Assembly: GCA_964035545.1 (NCBI GenBank)
Contig: OZ037765.1
Coordinates: 18,166,995-18,230,994 of the forward strand
Reading direction: 5' to 3'
DNA length: 64,000 nt
Source: Bugula neritina
Taxonomy: Eukaryota > Animalia > Bryozoa
Below, in pieces: positions 1-41,227 of the stretch (position 1 is its first letter; each line of letters begins with the position of its first letter). The notes beneath the pieces are model-generated. The model worked only from the letters and a program-made list of their open reading frames with translations, was not told the DNA's origin and searched no databases. The position numbers were made by a program, and so were the translations under genes.

Positions 1-170
1 ATGTTGTTTTATGATATCCACTAATTTCTAGTAAAATCTCATATGAATTGTGCAGGTGTCATTATATATGAAAATTTGCTCACATTGTACTACTTTATGC
101 CGCATGCAACAGCTCTATGCTGCCTATGGGATAAACTATAAAGCATTGGTTGTTCCTTTCACATTGTTAG

Positions 171-334
171 GGAGTGAAATGACTTGTATAGCCAACAAGT
201 TGGGCTATGACAGAGAGGTGGTGAGAGTTTGGTTCTGCAATAAAAGACAAGCTCTAAAAAATGCTTCTAAAAAACTAAAACCTGATACATCTACTGCTGA
301 TGTCCACTCATCCCAGTCTCCAGCTTTGGTCTAA
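171..334 (+). CDS. POU6: Terminal coding exon of a POU class VI homeodomain transcription factor (POU6F1/2, pdm3-like); upstream exons lie before the window
   Basis: After acceptor ttgttag (ends 170) the frame reads SEMTCIANKLGYDREVVRVWFCNKRQALKN, the POU6-type homeodomain helix 3 (YDREVVRVWFCNxRQ). Stop TAA at 332-334. Confidence 0.88.
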
Positions 335-2210
335 GAGTCATCAGATTCTCAAATATTTAAAGCTTGGGGCCACGAATCTCAATAAGATGTGATCTTTATT
401 TATATTATTCACTATATTAAATTAAAATCGTTTCGTCTAAATTACCAGTTTTATTTTTTTAACACCCTAATATGGTACGTACTTTAATTTTGAAAGGTAG
501 TTCTAATGTTTTTTATTCAAAAAATTATGCTTTTTATTTGGGCAAAACTTATGAAGCTATTAACGTAAAACACTCTGTTAGCTTTGTACTAACATATGGA
601 GATATGTAGATTCAGCTAAAGTAGAAAGCATAAAGGTGTCCGATATTACAATAGCACAGCATCTTTTGAATTAATAATATGTGTAAATTTTTGTGAAGCA
701 ACTTTATATGACTATCCTATACTCTTCCTATTTTTCTAACTAATGTCTAAGATCTCAAACTCACAGGTGGCTTGCTAAAGCTGTTAATGATAGTTTAGCT
801 TATTCAAAAATGTTATAAGTAAAGCACCCTAAACTAATGAGTGCTATGCTGTAAATTTGTTGTAGTCTGTAAGCAAATATGATAACTACAAGTATTTGTC
901 AGCAATTTATGATACTAGTTATGAAGTTTATATATTCTTGTTTTTAGGCAATAATTAGAATAGCATAAATAATGAAACACAATATTACTGCAATATGACA
1001 CTTCATAATACTATGTTCAATGTTGAAATATCAGGGTTTTAATGTTTTGTAAAATAATAAAGTCCTACATAGAAAAACAATACTTGTGATGCATGTAGAC
1101 TAGTGTATAACAGATATTATGAAGTAGCCAACACAATTTATGTTCCATAACCATATTGTTGAAATTTTCATCTATAGATTTGAAATTTTTTCTTCATTAA
1201 TGTTGAGGGTTTATTTAATAAAATTGTGATTCTAAATCAGTGAGTTTAATCTAGTTGGATTTCTATTTTATGTTGCTAGTATATGTATGAAGCAATTAAA
1301 AAACGTCATTTCTAAGCATAATTTCGAATCCCATTATAAATAAATGTTATTATTTAGTCTGCTTTTAATTTTCCTCAGTCTATGTTAGCAAAAGAACACC
1401 ACTTGTGTAACATAATGCCAAGATACTTTTCCTGTTTTACAAGCCAAATTGTTTGAGCATCAGTCTTATAGAATGATTTGCTAATAAAGCCATAGAAAAA
1501 ACACAAAAACATCGAAAAGACAGCATGATAACTTTGAACAATATGTTTAAAAAATCAAAACTTAAGCACTTTGTAACAATTTAACCAGTATTGGTTTTAT
1601 TTAACCCTTTTTTCAAATTAAAAACAGTGATAAACACAGTTATTTTTTTGCTGAATACCAACTTTATTCAGTGCAGAAAGTTTTCCAATGCACAATTACT
1701 TGGATTGCCATAAAAAGTGATGGGAGAATTAAAGGTAGGTGGATGTTGGGGGTGTCTAAAATATATTTATTCCAATAAATAAAATATGCTGAGCATTGAT
1801 GATTGCAGGAAACCAGCATGAAATTAAATTATATTTTGAAAATAATTTAATACTTTCATATTTTTAGAAATACGAAAAGTAAGAAGGGAGGTAATTGTTT
1901 GATTGAAGCACCAAGGAGAGTTTGAATAATAAAGGGCGACGAAACAATAAGAAAATGTCACAATACTGACAAAATATATAAAAATAAGTCTATTAGGCAA
2001 ATAATTTACTAAGTAGGCTACATGTATATTGAACACAATGCAAAATAATGCATTACTTACTGTATTATTGATATAAATTATTAATTAATATTATATTATG
2101 TCTAATAAATATAAATGCTTGAATAAAGGAATGTATACATTAATATATGTGTGCCAAAAGACAAATATTGCAGTTGCACCATGAATTTGTTGCATGAGTT
2201 AAAGCTCCAT

Positions 2211-28384
<26,174 letters not shown>

Positions 28385-29739
28385 ATGTAAATTTATTGCT
28401 GCAACAGATTTACCAAAACTACAACAAATGTCTTAATTGAGATTATGATTGGAATCACCAGGATGGTTCTAAAATAAACATATTCATGTACAGCTATGGA
28501 GGAGTATCAATTTATATGAAGGAGCATCAATTAAACAAACAAAACCACATTAACAACTGCATTTATTAAACATCACTGATAAGCATCCATAACAAAATAT
28601 TTTGAATAGAGTTCCATATCAATTGTTATATTACCATTACTATAATGCGATTTTTACAGAAATACTTACAACTGGGCAAACTTTGTTTGCAAAATACACA
28701 ACTGCAGCAATTACAACATTTTACCTGAGTATTGCAACTATTGTAAGTAAGTAGATTGTTAGGACTTGACTGGTACAAATATACTTTATTATATAGTTTA
28801 GCAACAGATAATGACTGAGAAAAAGAAACACCATTATAGATTACACTGTACTAGAGAGATTGTTTGGGTCCCATTGGTATTTGGTCTATATTGCTTACTA
28901 TCCACTATGTTGGTAGCCTACTTACTTTTTGGTACATGGGCATTTGAATTATGTTTTCATTTTGCTGATGCTAGACGAGGTGTAATGGTAATGGCTATAG
29001 AAGTACTTATTTGGGAAATATCAATGTAACTAATAAATCTAACTTAAATAAAAATATTCTAATTATTTTACGTATCAATTTAAAATAGATAATTATAGCG
29101 ATAAATGCTAATGTTGATAACCAACATAATACTTCGCAATAGTAATACTAATGATTATAATGCTTATACTCATAGTTATTAATATACATGGTAATCATAA
29201 AATTATTTTGTACCTTAAAAATCAATACATGAAAATTATAAAACAATACCCAAATTGTTATATGACTACTATTATCATTAGTATTTGTACTATAAGTTTT
29301 AATATTATTATTAGTATAAGTATTGGCTTCGTGGTAAGTATTACAATTTGAATTAATATAATCAAAGCTAATACTCAAAGTTAAAGATAAAATCTCAACA
29401 AAGTCTATCATGATCATAACAAATAAGTATCAATATTATGATTATTATGATATTCATAGTCATTGTTGTTGGTTTGTTTTGTTATATTTGGTCAAAAGTG
29501 AACTAATAAAATACATACAACAGTAAAATATTAATGGCGAAATAGCACTGCATAGTAGAAAATTTTTCTGGGTAGGCTTAATTTCAGTAGTTGAAGGTCT
29601 TAGTTTTAAACTCAACAATTTAGATTTACCATTAAATAGCTCCTCAGTTCACATTTGAAACTAGTCTTCCCCCAACAGAATTAAGTTGGACAGCTTACCC
29701 CACATGGACAGACACTAGAACCCAACTTTCCCAATGAAC

Positions 29740-30790
29740 TGCAGCAGTTGTCGATGAAAGAGTGTGTAAGCTGAATTTGGAAAACTTTGGGGAATAGTCA
29801 TAAGTAATATGTGATGGTTGAGAGAAACAAAGTTTACATGAGAGCAATAGCAGTTGAATGGGCGAAGAGTGTGAATCGATTTAATTGAAAAGTCATTAAA
29901 TAATGGCTTGAATGAGGAAAGACAATTTTTTTCCTTAGAGTTAGAAGTGACCTCAGGGGTTCTGCAAGGTTCAGTCCTAGGTCCAACACTATTTTTAATA
30001 TACATTATTGATCTCCCACTAAAATTAAACTGCAGTGTAAGCATTTATGCTGATGATACGCTACTGTATTAGGCTGTTGGCACAAAGGAAGATGCTGTGA
30101 GATTTCAGAACAACATTAATGCCATACACAATTGGTTAGTTGATTGGAAAACGCCTTTCAACAAAGGTAAATGCCAAATAAAAGCTTTCGGCAATCAAAA
30201 TTACAGACCACTGTGCAGGCTAGGAAAGGTAGAGATGGATTGGGTAGACACAACAATATACCTGGAGGTTGTAATGCAGTCAAACCTTAAATTCGATCAT
30301 CATATTACACTTGAAAAAGATAAAGCCTGGAAAATTCTGGGAGCAATTAAACATGCCCTACATGAGGCCCCTAGAACAGATAAGCTACTGGCTTACACTA
30401 GTTTGCTTTATCCTATTCATACAGATACTGTGTGGGATCCAACATTAGCTAAAGAAGTTGAATTTCTAGAAATGCTAGAGCGCAGGGTGGTTAGATTTAT
30501 TGTTGGAATAAAAGGACAAGAAAGTGTCACTGGAAATGCTCTCAGCATGGGAGCACAGGACTCACCGACTAAATACTAAATCTTATCATGAAAATCTTGC
30601 AAGAAGAACACTCAATATTGGCAATGGCCTACGATGAAATCACACGAGATCACCAAAATATGGCAATAACCACTGCAGTGAGCAAACATCTATCACTATG
30701 TATGCAAACTCACAAGTATACTATGGTAGTTTTTTACCAAGAACCATTAGAGACACCAAAGGTTTCATATAGAAACTGGAAAAATATAAA
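29740..30790 (+). mobile_element. Degenerate 5'-truncated LINE (CR1/L2-group-like) reverse transcriptase fragment
   Basis: Translates VTSGVLQGSVLGPTLFLIYI.D...YADD (YADD at 30046-30057), then an in-frame TAG at 30070 and further disruptions. C-terminal FLPRTIRD-like motif near 30730-30755. Confidence 0.85.
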
Positions 30791-30919
30791 AAAAATCAAC
30801 ACAATTACCAACTTAACCTGTAGTCCACACTGCAAAACAAATGAGGCACTTCTATAACCCTGAGAATTTCCAAATGTTCTATGTCTTCAAAGGTATTCAA
30901 GGGTATCATTAATAAACTT

Positions 30920-31510
30920 AAAGTAAAATTATTACATTTACTTTTAGTTTTACTCACTATTACTATAGCTAAGCCTAATAAACTAATACTATTAGTATTA
31001 CATTTACTGTATGAGTGAACTAGACTTTCATTACATGTATTTAATTTTACTAGGTAACTATTACTATTAGTATTAGTATTACTATTGCCATTGGCATTAC
31101 CATTACTCAGCATTAGATAATTAGTACAAGTAACAATAAACATTATACTTTAACTTATGATATAACTATAAGTATAAGTATAACATTAACTAAAAATAGC
31201 AATACAAGTGTAGTAACACTAACAGTATAATAATTATTATTATTATTTATTATTAATATTACTATTAATATTATAATTAATAATATAATGATTAATAGTA
31301 CTGAGACATTACTAAGACTAATACTAATACTAATAACAATACTAATACTAATAGTATTAGTCACTAACTCTAAGTCTAATAGTAAATGTAATACTAATAG
31401 TAATACTATAACTATAAGCATAGTAATAGTAAATATAATACTAATACAGTAAATGTAATACTAAAACTAAAAGTAAATACTAATAATTACTTAATAGTAG
31501 GACTAGGATC
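30920..31510. repeat. TAN-triplet (TAC/TAG/TAA/TAT) low-complexity tract
   Basis: Degenerate 3/6-periodic tactaa/tagtaa/tattag repeats. Confidence 0.75.
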
Positions 31511-33750
31511 AACAATTTGAACTTTTATTACTTTCAAGCAAAAACTCACTGAAATTGAAATGTTTTATCTTACCATTTTTTCTAATACAACATATTTTAT
31601 GTACTTTCAATAGCTACATTTAATTTTAATAATTGAAATGATTAAAATAGTTGTGCAACAGATTCAAATTGAGAACTCCGGGAAGTTAAACTTAGTAGGA
31701 TTTTGCGTGGTTTTGCACACAATATCAGAATATATACATGCTTACTTCTAAGGAGTTGTGCTCTTAATTGTGCATTTTTTGAGAGTGTAACTCTTAAGAC
31801 ACGTTACTCAATCTCCTAAAAATAGCCAAGTTATATTATGAATTATAATTATATAAATTATATGCATAATATTACAATGACTATGGTCTATATGTAGCAT
31901 TATATTGTTGACATACGTAATATTACAAACTGTGATATATAGAATTTATAGTGTCATGCTACCTGAACAGAGAAGAGCGGAGATAGGTGAGGGGGGTTAA
32001 TATAGGAGTTATAGTGCCTATACTAAAATATTTTTTATATAATCATACACAAACTGCAAGATGATCTTGCTGAAAAAGCAAACATTGATATATGCACTTG
32101 TGTACAGCTTAAAAATGTATTTCATTATTATTTATTAAAAAGCACCATTTTAATGATGTGAAGAGAAACAAAAACATTTAGTTATTAATATTATTTGGTA
32201 TTATTTTAGACTTTATGACAATATATATATTTTTCAAATAGAAAATTATTAATTATGGTTTTGAATAATATGATAAACCATGTTTTCCACGCAATTTTTC
32301 CCAAACAAATCTATAATGCTGTGAAAGTTGGATCATTTCAAGAGGTGCGAGAACTCTTCTTTTACACATGAATAAATTGATTTTGTCATATAACTAGCTC
32401 AATCAGCTGAGTATAAAAAAAGTTCTTTCTAGTAGTATATTTATTAAAATTTCACAAAACTATTAGCATGTCTTGCTTTAGAATAAGTATGCAGTGAAAG
32501 TGATGCTAATATGAATGCATTATAGGATCTTAGAGTCCATATGATCAATGTTAAGAAATGGAACAAGATGTATAATGTTTAAAAAACACATCAATAGCAC
32601 AGCCAGTAAATTTAAGATATAAACCAACAATCTAAAACCTGTAGAGACTTGGAGAACACATAACACATACACCTGCAATAGGGTTTGAATCTTACAAGAC
32701 TGTATTGTTAGCAATGCAAAGTCCAATTTCATTAAAACCTCGAAGCTCTTTACAAGAGCACATCCAACAAATCAGCAGCTATTAGCTTAAGAGTCGGAAG
32801 ATACAGCCAGCATTTATTGCCTTATATTTAATATGCTGTGTGTTTGTCTGCCAATATTGAGTGCAACATTGGTGAGAAAACATGAGTACGAAATGCTACT
32901 GATACTTGTTCTTTGGCAAGTAAAAATGGTAATCCAGCTTGTTTGGCTGAAAATTGTCCAACCTTTAGACCTGCTACTAATTCAAATAAATAATAAGCCA
33001 CAATAATTATTAGGATAAAACCAGTTTATTAAAAAGACTTGATTTCACTTACAGTAGATGTTTTCTGATAAACTCAAAGAAAAACTGCAACTGTGTGACA
33101 AAAAAAGAAGGAACTGTTACAGAGATAAGTTTTAAGCTTGACCAGTAGAAAATGATAGTCAGTATACTAAAATATTCTTGATGCTATTGCCATATCAACC
33201 ATTAGTCTTCCATAGCAATTGGTTAATATAAGCATTACTAGGCTGCAGATATGAAGCCTTTCCTTACATTGTATCATACATACACTAAGAATATACACCC
33301 GAGATTTCACTAAAATAAAATGAATGCACATAATATAAGATAGTAGATTATAAACAAAAACATAGACTGCTGCAAAATGTAAGTAGACTAGTGGTGTGCC
33401 ACCTTGGCAGTGTTCCATGTTACAGTCTGTGACACACCACTTGATACAATGTCACTAGATTGTGCAAAAAATAACGAATGATTTATATACAACACAACAC
33501 TATTTCATTAACTATACAGTGCTGTCACACGCTATTGCAAAAACCAAAACCAAAATCCCTGACACCTAGTAGCAAATCTACTGATGATTCAGGAAACCCA
33601 AACATAGCCACAGCCAAATAACTAGCAATATGTCTGAGGTTTCAACTCAAGAGAGCTTCTCTATTCATCAACTCCTTATAATATGCTGACTGTTACAGTA
33701 GTCAGGCAGCCAAAATATATGAAACACGCAATATACACCAACATCAATGC

Positions 33751-33820
33751 AGTACACTGTAGTACACTGTAGTACACTGTAGTACACTGTAGTACATTGT
33801 AGTACACTGTAGTACACTAG
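33751..33820. repeat. 10-bp tandem repeat (AGTACACTGT)x7 in the BMPR1 3' UTR
   Basis: Seen directly, ~14 nt beyond the stop codon. Confidence 0.92.
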
Positions 33821-33833
33821 CAATGAGATGACG

Positions 33834-36800
33834 TTAGAAGTATTCATTCTTTGAACTCAATTCATGCATCTGTATTAGGTTAGCAACTGTCTTCCTCACT
33901 CTAAGGGATGTTAACCTGGCCATTGGATTGGTAATCCAGCACTCTACCATCAACTTCACCAACACTTTCAAGTACTACAAATCACAACCAATCTTATTTC
34001 ATTTAAATGCACTCTTGAACCTCCTGTTTCGAATGACTAACCTAGTTATAACATCGAATAACATAATTATCGTTAAGTCGTTTTAAACATATTAATAACA
34101 ATAAATACATTAATACAAAATACTAGTGGTGAGATAAGTTTCTTAAATAACATAATAAAGGTTTTTTGTAGTTAAATAACTCAATGAAAAATAAAAATTC
34201 TTTCTACCACACAGGGTGAAAAATGCAGTTTTGGAACTGTAACTTGGGCTGTAGATTATCATCAATGTAGTTTTGATAGAGTTTAACATTGACAGCATGA
34301 ATTTTCTCAAAAATATTATTGAATGTATTTAAATACATCAAATCAATGCAAAATTTGCTATTTAAATTTCAGGTCTATATAGTTACGGTAATTTCAAACT
34401 AAATAAATTTTAGTGGCCAAAACTGATTTAACCCGAGTGTAATAAGGGAGATAATAAGAACTCACATCATCAGAATGCCACTTGTTAGAAATGTGGGGGC
34501 GGATATTTCTGTCATACACCACAGACTTCATCTCCTCAAAGCTAGGGTCGTTTGAGACCTGATCATAATATGGAATTTGGTAATCTTCAGCCCTTCCTAC
34601 AAAATATCCAAACTCAGCATAAGTATTCCTACACTGACCCAGTCAATATATAGAGTCCACAAGTAGAACATATTGGTTACAGGTGTATTATATAAGTGTG
34701 AGACAACATGCGATTCCTTCCATGAAGTTACATATCATATGAGTTACTCTATAAATGTACATACCGTGTGAGTCACTCTATAAAAGTACATACCATGTGA
34801 CTTTCTCTATAAAGGTACGTACCATGTGTCAATGTCCGTCTCGTAATTTCCCAGAGTGCCAGTCCAAAGGAGTACATGTCAGCTTGTCTGAAAGCATCGA
34901 AGTTCTTGCAATTGATTGTTTCAGCAAGAACCTCCGGTGCCATGTAGCGTTTTGTACCTTGCCTGGTATTCGGTGCAATATCCACCTCATTCTTATCACT
35001 GCAAAACAGAACAATATTACCTGCTGCTAAACTGTGAAAACAGGTGATGCATTATCCATGAACTACTGTAATTACACACCAACAATGATGTCCTCCTATG
35101 TGAACCATTTCCTTAACATAAAATTATATATAAATTTAAAGTGTAGCTTTAGTTTGTAATTGTCTGTCGCCATTCCAGACCCGTAGTACACACCTATCGT
35201 ATTTTACAGCCAAACCAAGATCAGCGATGCAGCAAGTCCCATTCCGTTTTACTAGAATATTCTTTGTCTTTATATCTCTGTGAGCCATTGCAGGCTTCCC
35301 TACAATACACAATATCCATATATATTCATATATTGCTAAAATTACTTGGGGGCTCTTTAAGAAACAGCTTAAAAGTGGGCAAACAATGAAATAATTAAAA
35401 CATTGGTCTACTTGAACGCAAGTGATGGGCTCAAATTTTGGCAGGGCCATTGGTGATGTCAGCAAACACATCAGCTCCTGCGTTACAACAACACTACATG
35501 GTAAGAGGCACAGCCTTTAGTCTGTTTCACACCATCAGCAATGGTCAAACTGATATTTTAAAACAGGCAAAGCATTTGTTGATGAATCATAGGTCAGCAG
35601 CTAAACAAGTTATCAAGAAACAAGGTATATCAACTAGTTGAAATGACTTGATACTATAATTTTTAAGGTTTATCTCAAGTGTATACAAAAACAATGTTTT
35701 CTAGTGTACTTTTTATTGATGACATTCAGCTTTTCTTTCGTAATAAAACAACTAGGTAAATGACATACAAGCATTATCGCCAAGGAAATGGAAAAAAGCT
35801 GAGATGTCAATATACCAAAAATTGCACAGCTCTCACCTTGAGTACCGTGTATTTCTGTATGTAGGTGGCAGAGTCCATTGATGATAGATGAGACAACTCT
35901 CAACATCTCTGATGGTGTGAGGACTTTAGTCTGTAGGTAGTCATGTAGGGATCCATTCTCGTGAAACTCACTGATGAGAAAGAGTTGTGTCCACGATCCA
36001 GTACCTTTGATATCAGCCGCTATGAAACCTGGGAAAGATAGCAAATAGCAGTCAGAAAAATAGAAAACCAACTCCCTTGGTTCCAGCCTCCACTATGAAG
36101 GCTTGGCAAGTGTAAGATTATACAATTTCCCTTTTAATAAGCACCCTAGTTTAGTTGTAATAAAAAATGCAAACCTGGCAGGCTTTATAGATTCTGTGCT
36201 ATAAATATGAGCAGGCTCCATATCATATTACAGATTTAATGAAAACAAGATCGAGTTTGCATGAGTACCATGGAAGAGAGTAGAATATACAATAATAGAG
36301 ACGATAACTACAATATTGGTATATTCTAGTTTAGAAGAACAAAACATTCAATGTATAATGATATTATCAATATTATAAAACTACTTAGATAAATTGTGCA
36401 ATTTTGTAGCCTATAGAAGAAATATTCAACTTGTTTAGTAACTCTCTAGAGTATATAATCAGCTAATGTTATCCTATAGGTAATTACTGATCCTGTAGGT
36501 GGTTTAAAAATGATACGATTTGCTAAGCTGAGTCGATATAGAGATGAAGACAGCACATTTCAACTAAGAACAATATAAAACAACAACACTTTGAACATGC
36601 AACGAGTAGTGCCGCTCTTACCATGTGAAAACTGAAGAAGTTGAAGATCCACGCTAGAGAATTGAAAAATGTAACTTAGATGAGGCCACGTAGTGTTGGT
36701 AAACATTATTGCTTATTGACAGTCAAAGTGCTGACCAGTTAACTTTATATAGTATTAAAACAGGCAGAAATAGCTTGGCTATCAGCTAAATAGAGTTTAG

Positions 36801-39800
36801 GGTTGTGTGCCCACAAAATTTGGTTATAGAATAAACTTTGTGCTAAGATAGTTTCCATAAAATATGGGCTAATTTGCTGAAAAATGTTGCAGTTGAGCTC
36901 AGTGCTTATACTACTGATTATTTCAAACTTTTACTACATGTTAGGTTTAGCTGCTGCAACACATAGATTGATCAGCCTAGGATGGTTTAAAATTTTTAAA
37001 CATAGGTTATAAATGCAGCAGTGAAAAAATATATAAAGTTGTGCTGCTAAAGATATTAATCGAATATTACTACCAACTATTGAAGTATTGAGCATGATAA
37101 AATTAAAACAGCAAGCTTTCAAAAACGCAGCAAGACGAATCACAATTTATAGAGGGCAATAAAACTATTGATATAAAATCCACTCTAGAGCATAAGCTGT
37201 TTTATAATAGTAACAAGTTATCATTACTATTGCTATGGTAACTCTTGCATTATTGTCCTTTGATAGTCAAGTATAATTATGACCCAAATATAAAGCATTT
37301 CAATTTTGGTTCATTCTAAGTTCAAACTGATTAGTACCAGTATGAATATCTATATTACAGTTATATAGTGAAATAAAAATCGTTTACCATCTGAAAGTGA
37401 TTAGTGCCTGCAAGCAATACTAATAAGAGAAATAAAGCTATATATGCCAGAAGTTTGAGATGGCTATATTTCTGCTAATTATTTTTTCCACCAGATCGCA
37501 TCATCACAATCAGGTTGCCCAACCTAATGAACTCATTGGAGACGCAAGTGAACAAAATATTCTAAAAAAATCACTTTGGTTGGGTATGCAACTCTAAAGC
37601 ATAATTCAAGTTGCAGCCAAGATATTTCTTTAGGTTTTAATGCTATATAATGTAACTTGTTAGCTCTTTTTTTAAAGTAGGAAAATTACTGAAAGCCAAA
37701 TATATCAAACTTAGGTTTTGTAGATGGTATTGCTAAATTTTCCATGAAGGAGAAAGTAATAGAGTTCAGATATAGGACCATAGCAGAGTTCAATTTAATA
37801 ACTTGTAAAGAACAGCAGATAAATTAATTATTTGCCTTACCGAGAATGTTTTCGTGTCTCAAAAGAACAGTTTGATAGAGTTCCGTCTCTCTAAACCAGC
37901 TGGCTTCCTCAGTTGTGAAGAACACTTTCACCGCCACATCCTCTCCTCTCCATTTGGCTTTCCACACTTCCCCATACCTACCTTTCCCAACACTTTGCAC
38001 CAACGATATCTGCTTAGCAATGGTCCTTTGCACCTACAAATATGTTATTAAGGTATCACCCTATTAACTTTGCAACATCAAAGTACCTAATAATTACAGT
38101 TAAAGATAATTATCATTGCAAACTATTAAATGATTTATGGAGAGCTTATTCTAAGAAGAGTCATCAGAGCATTACAAACTGTTTAAGCAAAAATGCCATT
38201 CTGCAGGTATATATGCAGTTTTCTACTGAGCTAGCTACAAAGTCTATTGAAAATTACTTCAACTAATGTTAATTTCAAATGCTTTGATCCTAGAAAGAGT
38301 AACTTAGGTATAGTCTATTTAGCTAAGATGTCATTAAACACAGTACACTAACCAGTAGTGGCAACCCGGAGCCGGAGCCAGATGATTGTTCCAATAATTC
38401 CTGCAGAGATTCATCTTCTGGAATAAAAGCTTCTCCCTCAGAACCCCATCTTGATTTGCTTCGTCTGATTCTGCATGTATAAAAACTGTTATAATTATCG
38501 AGCAATGGTGGTCATGAACATGCGTGCAAGCATCGAATGGATTTAACAGCAAAGGAAAGTCCAGTTCCAAAGTGGATATGTACAAGGATATCGCACCAAG
38601 ACGGACACTTACAAATAGAATTAAAAACCAGTGCATATAAAAATATTTTATTAGAGAAGCAATCTGAAGTTGAACCAATTAAATGTTGATCTAGCAATAA
38701 AGACTTAAATGATAAATACAAAACAAATATCGGAATTATGGGTGAATTTTTTAGTAGTTTGCCGACTTTCCTTACTATGCCACAAACTTACCTACATTTA
38801 AAACTTTTGTGGCAAAAAAAGTTATATAACTTATGCACATTCAGGAGTTCTAGTCTACATATATATAATAGTTAGTATGTAGTCATTCTGGTTAATATTG
38901 ACCATGGCTTACCTCACAATTACAGCAATGAGAATGGCTCCAACAATAAAAAATAGGCTGATGCATGCAATTAAAATAATGATCTGAGTAGTTTGTTCAG
39001 CTGACATATGTTCTTTCTGACCTAAAATATAAAATAGCAGCAGTAGTGACCACTGGTGTTTCAAAATAAGTCTACAGCAATAATAATGGTCACAGAAATA
39101 AATACAAACTTGCCCACCTTCTCAAGACTAAAATGAGCTTTCATTACCAGAAATAAAAATTTCGGTAGCTTGCAAAAATACTGATAATATTATGAGTATT
39201 TTGCTTTCACCTGTAAACACATCAAATGAATTTAAGATGCCAGCAGACTAAGACAATTTAACAACTAAACTTACCAGTTGGTGTAGTGGAGTAGAAAATG
39301 AACTTCGGTCTGAGATGCCTGTTACAGTAGTCGGTCTCATCACAACACCCAATAGTCATCTCCTCTACAGGAGCCTTGTCAGCATTACACTGTATATTAC
39401 ATAGCAAGAATTAGGTGCATGTGCACAGTGGCAAACTGCATACAAACAACATAAATTACAAAGTTATCTTGTCTATAAAATACATGTATGTAAATGAGAA
39501 ACTAACCGCAAAGCTAGTTCCGGCCTCTGGAAATGTGCAGCCATAGTGAAAACTATACTCGGATCTACCATCATCCAGCTCATGCGTTTCAATATGTGTG
39601 TAGCACTGAGTACCCTCTTCAGCTTCACATGTCTTGTTCAGGGCAGGATTATCCAGACATGGCAGAGTGTTACAGAAACATTTTACAGAATTGACTGAAA
39701 AAAGATTCAATTATTTAGTTTTTAATAAGCTACTACAAAATCTCACAATTTTCACTGGAATAACAAGGCAAAAATAATATAGCTGCAAAAGTTTAAATGC

Positions 39801-41227
39801 TGATTTTCAGGAGCTAGATATTAAAAAATAACCAAACTCCCCCCCCCCCCCGCCACCCTGCCAGTAAGCTATAGTAACTATAACTTGTAAGCATGTATTT
39901 GTTTAATTGAAAAAATGTATAAATGTAGGAGTATTGTGAATTTTTATTTATTGTTAAAAAAGCGGCTAAAGTACTGGCATAGCAGCGTTGTTGGTTTGTG
40001 TACTGTTTTTATGAATGATTCCTTACATAATCCAATTGTTTATATTACCATAGTGTTTGCATCTTATGGTCTGTGAAGTAATAGTAAAAAGTGTCTCTTT
40101 GTATTTTTCCTTCGTATGATGAAATATTGTATAATTGAGTGACTATTATTGAAACATTTACACAAATTATAAATCTTTTGAGTTAAAATTAAACAACAAA
40201 ATCCATTCCCACTAATGCAAACTATTCCATCACACCACAATTTCCTACGTGCAGCTAATCTGGCTAGTCAAGATTATGAGCATGATGATCATGAAGACCA
40301 TAGAGTACCACTTATTAAATAACTATCATTAATTATGAATATAATTCGACAATATGCAATAATTATAATTTAATTTAATTTATATCGTATAATTAGCAGT
40401 CTAATAGTATAAATTTCCAGCATATATTAATTTTAAATTTAGTATACAAAATTCAAATGAAAATAAACTTCACAGTGATCTTGAATCAACAAGTTAAACT
40501 TATACTACTAGTAATACTATAACTATTACTAGTAATTGTAGTTGTACTGTAAGCGCAACACTAACAGTAACTGTGTCTGTTGCAGTTGTAAATTATCACT
40601 TTGACTATCAGCATCAGTATCACTGACACTATGACTAAAAATAGAATTATGTACTAGCAGCTTAATTTTAACTTCTAAATTCAAGTATCAGTATGAATAA
40701 ATCTAATGCTATAAATTAAAATATAAGACCAAGAGCAAGAGTAAGACTCTAAAAGACAAAGTGAGAGTTAGAATACGAGTAACTGTAAGCACTAAGATAC
40801 TAAAAGTAACACTAGCACCAACAGACGAACAGTAACTTCAAAGTTCAAGTATATTTATAACTTGAGTTATAACTTATAAGTTATAAGGTTAAGTTTGAGC
40901 TATACTTATAATATTATTTCCAACTAACTCCTAGCGACAGGATCAGCGTGGGTACAAAACTAGAAGTAAGAGTTAGAGTAAGTTAAAGTTAATAAAACTA
41001 AAAGTTAAAGCGTTCCAAGTTGAAGCTCTTATACTTACAGTTATTTGGAGTTGGTAGTTGAACTCTAAATGTCAAAAACAATTTTGTTAAAATGAAATAC
41101 GCAATTGAAAATAAACAAAAAGAAACTTACCAAACTGATAATTTGAATTTGGAGTATAACTAAACAGTAAAATTGATATGAACAATAGCATTTTCGGTGG
41201 ATACCATAGCCATAGGCTCATCGCCAT
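33834..41227 (-). CDS. BMPR1: BMP type I receptor, ALK3/6 (BMPR1A/B, thickveins) class
   Basis: Exons 41131-41227 (signal peptide), 39507-39694 and 39275-39389 (Cys-rich ectodomain, CCDETDYCN), 38913-39021 (TM), 38353-38470 (GS box [11 protein letters not shown]), 37841-38033 ([12 protein letters not shown]), 35837-36028 (L45 loop [16 protein letters not shown]3/6-type), 35194-35299 ([11 protein letters not shown]), 34823-34998 (GTKRYMAPE), 34466-34596, 33834-33974. Confidence 0.95.
34730..34829. repeat. 29-bp tandem repeat (~3.5 copies) spanning a BMPR1 5' splice site
   Basis: Units start at 34730, 34759, 34788 and 34817 (acatacc.tgtga...ctctataaa.gt). Confidence 0.8.
35403..35480 (+). mobile_element. 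Degenerate third SINE fragment
   Basis: ggccattggtgatgtcag matches the body of SINE copies 1 and 2; the head is decayed. Confidence 0.4.
40500..41060. repeat. TAN-triplet low-complexity tract in BMPR1 intron 1
   Basis: tactac/tagtaa/aagtta repeats just downstream of the exon 1 donor at 41130; more degenerate than the other tracts. Confidence 0.55.

Noticed and set aside
29148-31421. I/L/N-rich hydrophobic ORFs
   Set aside because: Products of TAN-triplet low-complexity DNA or the antisense strand of the LINE fragment.
36670-36710. agatgaggccacgtagtgttggtaaac, faintly hammerhead-like
   Set aside because: Core nucleotides (CUGA, GAAA) missing; cannot be supported.
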